Counted from the stretch's first letter, positions 41,401 through 49,218 are shown. The stretch is DNA of 64,000 bases from an uncultured delta proteobacterium (GCA_963761335.1 CAVXGR010000012.1:512001-576000); one strand, 5' to 3'. Translations and numbers: made by a program. Notes: generated by a model not told the origin, from the letters alone.

Positions 41401-44400
41401 CGCGATGCCGAGATCCTCGACCATCTTGCGCGACGAGGCGAGCATGCGCCGCGCCGCCTCGGTGCGACCGCGCAGCGCTTCGAGGACGCCCTGGCACGAT
41501 AGGGCGACCGACTCGACCGCGGGCGCGCCCTGGGTGATGCGCAGCACGCGCACGACGTCGAGGCAGCGGCCGCTGGCGCGCGTCACCGGGCTCGGACCCC
41601 AGAGCGCCGCGAGCGGCGCCCCGGCCAGCACCGCGTTGGCGCGGCGTCGGTCGCCGCCCCGCCGCGCCGCCGCCAGCGCCTGGTCGAGCGCCGCCTCGCA
41701 GGCGCCCACCTTGCCGAGCCGCGCCAGCGCCGTGGCGTGCACCGAGTGCGCCTTCGCCTCGCCGGCGGCATCGCCGAGCGCGGCCAGTTGCTGCGCCGCC
41801 GCCGCGACCGCGTCGGCGGCGGCCTGGAGGTCCTGCGGCGCGGTGAGCGCGGTGAGCTGGCCGGCGAAGCAGGTGTGCCAGGCCTGAAGACGGTCTCTGG
41901 TTTCTGGCTTCTGGCTTCTGGTTGGTGATTGCTGGTCGGGCTGGTCGCCGATGAACCGACCCAACTCATCAACGGCCTTCCCGGCGCGCCCCACGTCGCC
42001 CGCCGCCAGCAGCGCCTCGCACCAGTCGAGCGCGAGGTCGGCACGCGACGCATCGTCGACGTCGAGCCGGTCGATGGCGCGCCCGAGCAGGTCCGCCGCG
42101 ACGGGAAGATCGTCGCGCCCCAGCGCTCGGCGGCCGGCGGCGGCGAGATGTCGCGCGGCGCGCTCTCCCAAGGTGCGACCGGCAGAGTCGAGCGGGCCGA
42201 GCTCGCGCAGCAGCTGGTGCGCCTGCTCGAGATGCCAGCCGATGGTCTCGTCGTACTCGGCTTCGCCAGCGCGCGCCGCGACCCAATCGGCGAAGCGGGC
42301 GTGCAGCTCGGCGCGCGTGCCCTTGAGCAGGCGCCGATAGGCCGCGTCGCGGATCAACACGTGGTGGAAGCGCAGCATCGGCTCGCCGAGGAACCAGCCG
42401 CTGTCGGGCTCGATCAGCTCGCCGCGCCGCAGCGCCTCCAAGCGCGCGTCGAGCTCGGAGGCTTCGCCAACGGCTTCGGCCCGCAGGCTGGTGCCGTTGT
42501 GCGACAGCAGCGCGGCGACGGCGCTGCGCGAGAAGAGGCGGCCAACCACCGCGGCGCGCTCGAGCACGCTGCGCTCCTCGGGCCGCAGCCGCTCGATGCG
42601 CGCGGCGAGCAGCGCATGGATCGTCGGCGGCATCTCCATCGACGCCAACGCAAGGCCGGTGACCCAGCGGTCGCCTTCCTTGGTGAGTGCTCCCTCGTCG
42701 ACCAGCATGCGCACCAGCTCACCGACGAAGAGCGGGTTGCCCTCGCTGGTGGCCAGTACCTTGGCCGCCACAGCGGCGGGCAGATCGGCGGCGCCGATGA
42801 CATTGGCGGCGAGCCGCATTGCCGCGCCGGCGTCGAGGCCGGCGAGCGTGACGACATCGGCGACCAGCGGCCCGGGCGTCACCAGAGAGGAACGGACGTT
42901 GCGCAGCTCCGGACGCGCGCCGACCAGGAGGAGGAGCGGCACGCCGCCACCCCACTGTACCAGGTGCTCGACGAGATCGAGCAGCAAAGGCTCGGCCCAC
43001 TGCAGGTCGTCGATCACCAGCACTACGGGCGTTTGCTGCGCCAGCGCGGCTAGAAAACGGCGGATGACGAAGAAGGTTTCCTCGGGCGATGCGGGGGAAC
43101 CGGCGAGCAGGGCGGCGATGCCCGCGGCGATGCGGGTGCGATCAGATGCATCGGTGGGCAGCACGGCATCAATTGCGGCCCGCAAGACTTCCGTCTCCGA
43201 TCTCCCCTCCTTACCAAGGAGGGGGTTAGGGAGTAATCGATCCGCCGCAACAACCGCCCCTGACCCCTCCTTGATCGGGAGGGGAGCCCGTGCGCTCCCT
43301 TCCCTACTCAGCAGCTCCCCGAACGCCGCCGCCAAGGGCGCAAACGTCGCACCGCCCGCCGCATCGCAATGCGCCGTCAGCACGCTGACCGACTCACCCT
43401 GGCGGCCTATGAACTCTTCGATCAGCCGCGACTTCCCCAGGCCTGGCGAGCCGAGCAGCACGGCGACGCGGGCCGCGGGTGTGCTCACCGTCGCCTCGTA
43501 CACCGCGGTCATGCGCGCCAGCTCGTCTGCGCGGCCGACGAACGCCGTGGCGGCCGCGCCCGTCGGCCGCTCGAGCGACATCACGCGGTACGCCGTCACC
43601 GTCTCGGCGCGTCCCTTGAGGGCGAACACGCCCGCCTGCTCGAGCGTGACCGCATCCGCCACCAGCCGCCGCGTCGTCTGTCCGATCAGCACCTCGCCGT
43701 CGCGCGCTTCCTGCTGCAGACGCGCCGCGACGTTGAGCGGGTCGCCGATGCCCGCCGGATGCTCGTCGCTGACGACCACCTCGCCGGTGTTGACGGCAAC
43801 GCGCAGACCGATGGGCACGCTCAGCCACTGCTGTGTGCCGAGGAACTCGCGGAAGGCCTGTTGAATGCCGGCCGCGGCGCGCACCGCGCGCAGGGCGTCG
43901 TCCTCGGCGATCGTCGGAATGCCGAAGGCGCACAGGACGCCGTCGCCGAGCAACTGCACCACCGTGCCGCCCGCTGCTTCGACGGGGTCGCGCACGGCCT
44001 GGTAGTAGGCATCCATCACGCGGTTGACCGATTCGGGATCGAGCCGCTCCTGCAGCGCGGTCGAGCCCATCAGATCGGCAAAGATGATGCTGATCACCTT
44101 GCGCGTCTCCACCTGCCCGGTATGGCGGGCGGCACCCGTGTGCGCCGCTCCGTCGGCCGGCTGCGCCTGCGGGCGCGTATTGCGCTGGGGAGCGGAGGGC
44201 GTCGCCGCGACCGGCTCCGGCCTGGCCGGTCCCGCCCATACCAGCACGTTCTCCTCGCGCCGGGCGACGCGCTGCACGTCGACCAGCTCCTCGATCAGCT
44301 CGTCGAGCGCCTCGTCGTCGAGCTCGTACTGGCGGCGCAGCATGCGCAGCGACACGCGCCCGTTCTCTTCGAGGTGGCGGCGGACCTCGCGGACGACGTC

Positions 44401-44412
44401 GAGGAGCTTCAT
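35464..44412 (-). CDS. Giant (2982 aa) signalling protein: small N-terminal HTH-like domain, class III nucleotide cyclase, STAND AAA ATPase, TPR region, ~12 tandem SnoaL/NTF2-like domains
   Basis: FADLMGST/GDG/NVAARLQ; Walker A GSPGLGKS; Walker B VIDDLQWA; GNPLFV; LLAARIERL; FHHVLIRDAAY; then ~125-aa repeats RDW...F..D....DHR...LATRG...GG.FE...ALARFEEL. Confidence 0.88.
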   Translation of the reverse strand: MKLLDVVREVRRHLEENGRVSLRMLRRQYELDDEALDELIEELVDVQRVARREENVLVWAGPARPEPVAATPSAPQRNTRPQAQPADGAAHTGAARHTGQVETRKVISIIFADLMGSTALQERLDPESVNRVMDAYYQAVRDPVEAAGGTVVQLLGDGVLCAFGIPTIAEDDALRAVRAAAGIQQAFREFLGTQQWLSVPIGLRVAVNTGEVVVSDEHPAGIGDPLNVAARLQQEARDGEVLIGQTTRRLVADAVTLEQAGVFALKGRAETVTAYRVMSLERPTGAAATAFVGRADELARMTAVYEATVSTPAARVAVLLGSPGLGKSRLIEEFIGRQGESVSVLTAHCDAAGGATFAPLAAAFGELLSREGSARAPLPIKEGSGAVVAADRLLPNPLLGKEGRSETEVLRAAIDAVLPTDASDRTRIAAGIAALLAGSPASPEETFFVIRRFLAALAQQTPVVLVIDDLQWAEPLLLDLVEHLVQWGGGVPLLLLVGARPELRNVRSSLVTPGPLVADVVTLAGLDAGAAMRLAANVIGAADLPAAVAAKVLATSEGNPLFVGELVRMLVDEGALTKEGDRWVTGLALASMEMPPTIHALLAARIERLRPEERSVLERAAVVGRLFSRSAVAALLSHNGTSLRAEAVGEASELDARLEALRRGELIEPDSGWFLGEPMLRFHHVLIRDAAYRRLLKGTRAELHARFADWVAARAGEAEYDETIGWHLEQAHQLLRELGPLDSAGRTLGERAARHLAAAGRRALGRDDLPVAADLLGRAIDRLDVDDASRADLALDWCEALLAAGDVGRAGKAVDELGRFIGDQPDQQSPTRSQKPETRDRLQAWHTCFAGQLTALTAPQDLQAAADAVAAAAQQLAALGDAAGEAKAHSVHATALARLGKVGACEAALDQALAAARRGGDRRRANAVLAGAPLAALWGPSPVTRASGRCLDVVRVLRITQGAPAVESVALSCQGVLEALRGRTEAARRMLASSRKMVEDLGIAHRLFEADAFAGRIAAMEGDDATAERLLRGAYLGLRDLGLGIDAARAGALLGRTLLAQDRIAEAEAISHESEALAGDDLQAAIAWRGVRAEAMAKRGEHAAAVELAKAAVAIAAATDALLDHADARVALAVALRAAGRAAEADAEGRRAIELWEAKGATLLAERALRDDGRADVREAGALAHVAALPVPSATLARRVRPNAATEQVRRLDVAMRTGDGSGIRALYTEDLVFEQHFNAAEQGQREIIDGLTGLVARQLGLTFRHEPLATLGDALALARVHIGSAGSAPSAEIPAGALEVEWSVLIEATPDSRAARVEMFDERQLGKALARLYERHSELLPDGPERERATATARSFGVTLTAPSDVDGYATVIAPDFESVDHRYLSTWSLRGDGAFLAHNRALQEVAADVVIGTHDVLALRPGALLIQRMHSGTARLGGGAYERPFLVLFATDADGRLARAEWFDSDREAEALARFEEIVASAAPKLSVRRRVRANAATAMQAPFDAALATRDFEAIAALFHENHQEIDHPTGSTYGRDACTASLQRLFRSRDPYYQVEPLATLGEFLLLVRRRSGAAGATSARYDVGAYANEAIQLFEVDASGRCRRAEVFATDHLGEAIARLYERYAELLPDGPERIRAEATAGTIAVWNGSIDPDRVAATTAPLIECVDRRSLQLWSARGADEFLGQWRGQLDLATGSVRHDDVLALEPDTLLVRQTYFGNERTTGGFFDHLLLVLFAFGADGLLTRAELWEPDREAEALARFEELAAPAAYSQSRFANAATGTAGPVIACMVAHDWQRFEQLFAQDFRMSDRRRVVQLELDRDQYVVFTREVANGRTLRGDSQVLATRGDRLALNRSTFVFMDTDVGPSEIAFLILTEVDARGRIVAYVRWDLGDLDAACAELDARWQAGEAAAHPRASKWLADYLRFFAARDWNAMSTLFVPELVGENHRLVGWGTLYGPAAVVSTLQAQIELAPDTQERVDHVRTCADAVLLEYAWHGTHAGGAFENLWLVLIELDADGRGRCADVWEVEQLDQALARFAELAGREAEPAPDGGAFEKPMFVVFEVDDQGRSARSDTYDIEDRDGALAHLAELAAPTSAEPHFENAASRAWREVIAVWRQRDGERFAALHPTALLYRDHRRLVQLDLDRDEFLAFTRPLLEMRSNSASNDLLATRGERLALMRSTLEMADDSVGPSAIDSLLLIETGERGAIVAYDRYEIDDQEAARAEIEARWEAGEGSQFPTVAWMRDHSALAGRRDWDAVAALYSPAVVGHDHRLVGWGTLRGRTDFLQSLRSMEALSPDARIRGDHIRACARGSIMSSMWVGTRDGGAFESPFLVVSEVDPDGKVVRIDFYDPHHFDRARARFEEIAAEPNRPAPFPAREGVGRDPLAALAKPNSATVFLERAWAAFDLVDLEAAKEALATAREHFSPDFVWEDRRRIVGLSGGLDLMLASARERLASGARHQRRTIVGTAGDRVAIGRILWAGGPPDGRFEVEFLAVHEVNEAGLCTALIFFDPDDMRAAQREAWARWAAIDPVAAPWVELLTEITDAWNSHDRPRLRARYADDVVIEDHRHAGLGRIEGADAYLDSNVALWELAPDQRLEVGWSWPAVDRHGFVVTIRREGTVPDGGPFESEYLLLGLARNGRSTRAEFFEIDALDTALARFEELRPPSLFELRRTSPGLVLRSPAKEDPLRIPPNAATRARAQWARAVGARDWEGVRGLVRADFVFEDRGKRALVKGDVETWIASAEFTTSLPGVRIETPLIGTFGERISIDQIFWSGAPEGGAFEFERIRVLEIDEEGRFRRAILFDPDDRPAAFDEAHARFVAAEGAAGGQAPIAALFRAAGLGDWETVRASLAPDLAYHDHRNLGLGTFGRDAWVESLRALSDLADEMHVEAFCTLAWNGHGHVARTRQFGTVAGGGPFENVFIVVWLTDGDRIFIVEVFDLDDAERAVARFNELCAAAAAEETA
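36309..36376. repeat. In-frame palindromic element in the giant ORF
   Basis: ccttcgcagggctccggagg...cttgtccgccgaagctcgaagagcgaaggcgg, encoding PPSLFELRRTSPGLVLRSPAKED. Confidence 0.55.
37228..37274. repeat. In-frame palindromic element in the giant ORF
   Basis: Hairpin ccccttccctcgcagggaagggg. Confidence 0.7.
41890..41945. repeat. In-frame heptamer repeat (ttctggc) in the giant ORF
   Basis: tctctggtttctggcttctggcttctggtt, encoding PTRSQKPETRD. Confidence 0.7.
43201..43286. repeat. In-frame double-hairpin element inside the ATPase domain
   Basis: cccctccttaccaaggagggg and cccctccttgatcgggagggg, 60 bp apart. Confidence 0.8.
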
Positions 44413-44754
44413 CGCCGGTCAGCCGATGCGGTGAACCCGAGACGGGCCGCGTTGCCGAATGCGTGCCCGACGGGGCCGAGCATCGTGGGGTCTGGGCAAG
44501 ACCGCAGGACGGAAGGGACCTCCCACTCGCCGCCCTCGGTAAAAAGCCGGCTCGGCGCCGCGCTGGTCCAGGCGTCGAGCGTCACCGCACGCCGGGCTCC
44601 TCACCCAGCGGATTGCCGACCTTCCGGTCCTGCAATTCTCAAGCTCCTTCAACGCGACGGCTCTCACCGCGGCAAGGTAGCGTCGCACCGCGACCGGAGT
44701 CAACGCGCGGTCGGGGAGCTCCCTCGCGCCCGGCACTCACCCCGCCCAACGGAC

Positions 44755-45000
44755 CGCGCAACATGGTTGTGACCGAGGCATCGGTGACGTCATAGACGTG
44801 CCGCGTCCATTCCATCTCCGCCTCGAGCGTCGGGACGATCTGCGTGATGCCACGTCCGCGCAGGTGCTCGATGCAGCGCGCAATCCAGTCCACATTTTGT
44901 TCGATGCAGCGCCCGGCGTTACAGAGCGCCGCAGCGTTGTGAGGGCCATTGACGATGAAGAAGTTGGGAAAGCCGTGTACAAGCATTCCGAGGTACGCGA
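44755..45000 (-). pseudogene. Fragment of a Baeyer-Villiger flavin monooxygenase
   Basis: AYLGMLVHGFPNFFIVNGP...IEQNVDWIARCI...EAEMEW; both ends missing. Confidence 0.75.
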
Positions 45001-45404
45001 TACAAATCGAGACAAGCGTGGATCGCGAGTCGTCGGACTCCATTTGCGTCGACAGGCTGTGGCATCGCTACGATTGAAAAATAGTCGCTCATCGGAGGGC
45101 CCGTGAAGGTTCAGCAATGGATCGCGTGGTCGTAAGCCTGTACGGATTTTCCCCGCTTCGGAACTCTGCAGGCGCGTTCCATGACCGTGCCTGCGGTAGC
45201 AAAGGCAATCCTCGCATGCTCAGGATTCGTTTGGACAGCTGTCACCAACCTCGTCACCAATCTCGGACCAGGCTAACCTCTACATTCCTCGCTTTGGCTG
45301 GGATTGACTGTGTCCCAGTTGACGGAGACTGACCTCGGGGAGTTCCGGCGAAACCGCCCGATTTCACTTGTTCTGAGTTGGGGCGCTCTATAGGCGACCT
45401 CCGT

Positions 45405-45615
45405 GGCTTCACCGTTGGCTTTCGGACGCGGTTTCGGGCAAGGATGCCTGCCGCGAAAACCTTATAGCACTATGCACTCGGGGCGAGCTCAAAAGACGCG
45501 CCCCGACAACCCGACGGAGAGCGGAACCCATCAACCTACGGGAAACGTGGCGCCAAGAAGAGCCCCGATGAGTTTTGTCGACAAGCTCCAACGGGCCCGC
45601 GAGGTCCTCGAACAA
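45405..45615 (+). repeat. Copy 2 of the inverted repeat shared with 519-657, with a 79-bp spacer where copy 1 has 7 bp
   Basis: Direct sequence comparison. Confidence 0.9.
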
Positions 45616-46513
45616 CAAGGGCGCCTTTCCGTCCGCGCACTCGTCCGCGAGCTCGAGTTGCCCGCGGAGGAGGTCGGGGAGATCATCGAAGAGCTCGTCG
45701 ATGTTCAACAGGTGGCGGAGCGAGTCGGGTCGGTGCTGATCTGGCGTGGGGCGGGCGTCGGTGCCTCGCGACCGGAGCCCTCCGCCGAGCTCCGAACCCC
45801 GCGTCCTGCACCCGGCTCCGCCGCCGCCGCCAGCCACGGCGAAGCCCGCAAGGTGGTCACCATCCTGTTCGCCGACCTCGCGGGATCGACGGCGTTGCAC
45901 GAGCGTCTCGACCCCGAATCGGTGCGCGCCTTCATGGAGAGCTACTACCGCGCGATGCGCGCCGAGGTGGAAGCCCACGGTGGGGTCGTGGTGAAGCTTC
46001 TGGGAGACGGCGTCATGGCCGCCTTCGGCGTGCCGCAGGTCGCCGAAGACGACGCGCTGCGTGCTGCCCGCGCCGCGGTAGCGATGCAGCGGGCGTTCGA
46101 CCGCCTGTTCGAGATCGTCGGCAAGCCCGGTGACATCGGCTTGCGGATTGCGGTGAACACGGGCGAGGTCGTGGTCAGCGGCGACAACAGCGACGTGGTC
46201 GGCGACCCGGTCAACGTCGCGGCGCGCCTGCAGCAGGAAGCGGGCGTCGGTGAAGTCGTGGTCGGCGCGGCGACGCAGCGACTCGTCGGTACCCTGATCA
46301 CCTTGGAGCCGCTTTCTGGCGGCGCTGGCTGCGTCGACGCCGGTCGTGCTGGTGATCGACGATCTCCAATGGGCCGAGCCGTTGCTGCTCGATCTCGTCG
46401 AGCATCTGGTGCAGTGGGGCGGCAGTGTTCCGCTGCTGGTGCTCATCGGGGCGCGTCCGGAGCTGCGCGACGCGCGTGCGTCGCTGACTTCGCCGGGTGG
46501 CTTCGTGGCGGAC
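45568..46513 (+). pseudogene. Truncated paralog of the giant cyclase-STAND gene, internally deleted and interrupted by the RAYT element
   Basis: Same N-terminal domain type, FADLAGST..KLLGDG..DVVGDPVNVAARL; jumps near 46310 to VLVIDDLQWAEPLLLDLVEHLVQWGG; ends at the element boundary. Confidence 0.85.
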
Positions 46514-47275
46514 GGAGTGGGGACGTAGTTTCATTTGTTTCACTTTTCACGGTTGTTTCGCTCAACGGCGGATCGGCGTGACTTCGTCCGCCGCGTCGCG
46601 GCGCTCGTGGACACGACGGGGACGCGGATCTATGCCTGGAGCCTCATGCCCAATCATGTCCACCTAGTTCTGGGCTCTGGGGCGGAGGGACTGTCGAGCT
46701 TCATGCGCCGGCTGCTTACCGGCTACGCGGTCAGCTTCAACCGGCGGCACCACCGCGTCGGGCACCTGCTGCAGAATCGGTTCAAGTCGGTGCTGGTTGA
46801 CGAGGAGCGATACTTCCTCGAACTCCTGCGCTACGTGCATCTGAATCCCGTGCGGGCGCGATTGGTCGGCGATGTGGCAGAGCTAGATGGCGGCTCCGTG
46901 GAGTGGGGACGTAGTTTCATTTGTTTCACTTTTCACGGTTGTTTCGCTCAACGGCGGATCGGCGTGACTTCATCCGCCGCGTCGCGGCGCTCGTGGACAC
47001 GACGGGGACGCGGATCTATGCCTGGAGCCTCATGCCCAATCATGTCCACCTAGTTCTGGGCTCTGGGGCGGAGGGACTGTCGAGCTTCATGCGCCGGCTG
47101 CTTACCGGCTACGCGGTCAGCTTCAACCGGCGGCACCACCGCGTCGGGCACCTGCTGCAGAATCGGTTCAAGTCGGTGCTGGTTGACGAGGAGCGATACT
47201 TCCTCGAACTCCTGCGCTACGTGCATCTGAATCCCGTGCGGGCGCGATTGGTCGGCGATGTGGCAGAGCTAGATG
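46514..47275 (+). repeat. 376-bp direct duplication (46514-46889 and 46900-47275)
   Basis: Identical except for one g/a difference that I noticed (V vs I codon); 10-bp spacer. Confidence 0.92.
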
Positions 47276-47926
47276 CGTACCCATGGACAGGACATGCGCG
47301 GCTCATGGGGCGGATCGACAATGGGTGGCAGGAAGCGGAGTTCGTCCTGCGGCAGTTCGCCCCCACGGTGACGGCGGCGCGGCAAGCATATCGCGCCTTC
47401 CTCGCAGAGGGCGTAGCGGCCCAGCCTCCGGAGCTGCTCGACACGGGCCTCGTTCATGCGGCGGACCGCTGGCAGATCAGCCCCAGCCTCCGCCGGGGCC
47501 GGGAGGAGTGGACGACCGCCGAGCGGGTATTGGGGACGGCGGAGTTCACCGAAGCGGTACGCGCCGAATTGGAACACGGCAGGCCGCTGCGGCCCGTGGT
47601 GACCACAGGAAATCCGCAGGAGGTCGTGCGCGAGCTTGCAGAGGCCCTCGCGCCTCACTGCGGGGTCTCACCGGCGGAGCTGCTCGCCGGCCGCGGTCGC
47701 CGCAAGGTCGTCGCTGCCCGCGCCGGCGTCAGCTACCTCGCTGTGCGACACGTGGGCCTGTCGTTGCGCGCCGTGGCCACCGCCTTTGGTGTTTCGCCGC
47801 CAACCATCCTGCGGGCAGTTCGCGTCGGTGCCCAATCCTTGCCCAACTTGGCGTTCGGCCGGAAGAGATCCTGCTACCATCTTCGCTTCGTCAGCAAAAA
47901 TGAAACAGATGAAACTACGTCCCCAT
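46514..47926 (+). mobile_element. 5'-truncated REP-associated tyrosine transposase (RAYT, HUH Y1) with C-terminal HTH, bounded by ~30-bp inverted repeats
   Basis: YAWSLMPNHVHL (HUH), FNRRHHRVGHLLQNRFKS, YVHLNPVRA, YPW; ends tggggacgtagtttcatttgtttca and tgaaacagatgaaactacgtcccca. Confidence 0.85.
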
Positions 47927-47942
47927 CCCCCAGAGCGAGGAC

Positions 47943-47981
47943 TTGACGCAGCACTCAGAATTGTACAGGGTTTCTGTACAA
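47943..47981 (+). promoter_or_regulatory. yefM-yoeB promoter/operator with paired TGTACA cores
   Basis: TTGACG -35-like hexamer; palindrome ttgtacag-ggttt-ctgtacaa touching the ATG. Confidence 0.75.
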
Positions 47982-48271
47982 TGGCGATTCAAACGACATA
48001 TAGCCAAGCACGAGCTGGTCTGGCGAAGTTGTGCGACGCCGCGGCCAGGGACAATGAGGTCGTGATCATCACCCGCCGCGGTGCAGAGGACGTCGCGCTG
48101 GTGTCAGCCGCCGAGCTCCGTAGCCTGCGGGAGACGGCACATTTACTGCGGTCGCCGCACAACGCGGAACGTCTCCTGAGGGCGTTGGCCCGCGCGCGAA
48201 CACGGAAGGAACGACCGCAGTCCGTGCGGTCGCTGCGGCGCGAGGTCGGCCTTGAGCAAGAAGGGGGCTGA
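47981..48271 (+). CDS. yefM: YefM/Phd antitoxin
   Basis: TTYSQARAGLA, VIITRR, ETAHLLRSP.NAERL. Confidence 0.92.
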   Translation: MAIQTTYSQARAGLAKLCDAAARDNEVVIITRRGAEDVALVSAAELRSLRETAHLLRSPHNAERLLRALARARTRKERPQSVRSLRREVGLEQEGG

Positions 48272-48527
48272 GCGCGATGCCGTCTTCCAGCTCGAGTTCC
48301 GTGAAGACCTGCGGTACTGGGTTGAGACTGACCGCCGGGTGGCGTTGCGCATCCTCGATCTTGTCGAGGGCATCATGCGGGATCCATTTCGCGGTGTCGG
48401 AAAGCCGGAACCCCTTCGCCATCTCGCCCCCAATACATGGTCCCGCCGCGTCACCCAGGAACACCGCGTCGTCTATCTGGTCCGGGTCGATCGAATCGAC
48501 TTCCTACAAGCCCGCTACCATTACTGA
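48252..48527 (+). CDS. yoeB: YoeB/Txe toxin
   Basis: EDLRYW, PFRGVGKPEPL, WSRRVTQEHRVVY, ARYHY. Confidence 0.95.
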   Translation: MSKKGAERDAVFQLEFREDLRYWVETDRRVALRILDLVEGIMRDPFRGVGKPEPLRHLAPNTWSRRVTQEHRVVYLVRVDRIDFLQARYHY

Positions 48528-48627
48528 ACATTGACCGAACAGGGCGAGACGCGGCATGCCATGTGAGCTCGCTGCTCCCGACCTCACCCGCCGCTAGGTA
48601 TGGAAGCGCTGGGGGCGGCGGCGTTTC

Positions 48628-48730
48628 GTAGGGGCGAGGCATTTCCCGTCAACCTGGCCGTGGCCCCCGAGGTCACGCACCCGTCGCTCTCGGCGCAACC
48701 CGCCGGCCGTGCTCGGAAATGCCTCGCCCT
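48628..48730. repeat. GTAG-type REP/REPIN-like inverted repeat
   Basis: gtaggggcgaggcatttcc ... ggaaatgcctcgccct. Confidence 0.6.
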
Positions 48731-49017
48731 CTTCCTGCACGGGGGCAGTCTAACTAATGGCTAAGGCCACACGGAGCCGTTGAACGAAAGGATTCTCACG
48801 CATCTTCAGACACTTGCCGAGGTCCGACCCCGATTCGGCCTGCCCCGATTCGTCCTGCCCACCCGGAGACGAAGCCGACGCACTCCCTTCTTGGCGCCTT
48901 GGCGCCTTTGCGTTTCTCCGTTCAAGCGGGCGCCGCCACTTGCGCCCGTACCTCATCAAAAGGGCCCAGGCGCGCCGCCTCTGTTGAAGTCTGACCATCC
49001 CGCAGGGCGCGTCAGAA

Positions 49018-49098
49018 TGCGAGAGGGGGGACTCGAACCCCCACGGTTGTCCCGCCAGATCCTAAGTCTGGTGCGTCTGCCAGTTCCGCCACTCTCGC
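49018..49098 (-). tRNA. tRNA-Leu (anticodon TAG)
   Basis: gcgagag acceptor stem, D-loop ggcggaactggcagacgc, anticodon arm ccaga-cttagga-tctgg, long variable arm, ggttcgagtcc; CCA not encoded. Confidence 0.95.
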
Positions 49099-49218
49099 CC
49101 GGGCGCAGATCTATCAAGCCCGGTGGCGGCGGCCAAGACGACGGCTGCCGGCGGCTCGCGCGGAGCGGCGCCCTCTCCGCCCGATCCGCTGCGGCCAGGA
49201 TGGCGGCGCTCCCCGGGG

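Noticed and set aside
45010..45400. AT-richer segment as a gene or integrase remnant
   Set aside because: No recognisable motif in the frames I examined.
46514..47275. Duplication as a DGR template/variable repeat pair
   Set aside because: Only one mismatch seen, no reverse transcriptase, and it lies within a transposase.
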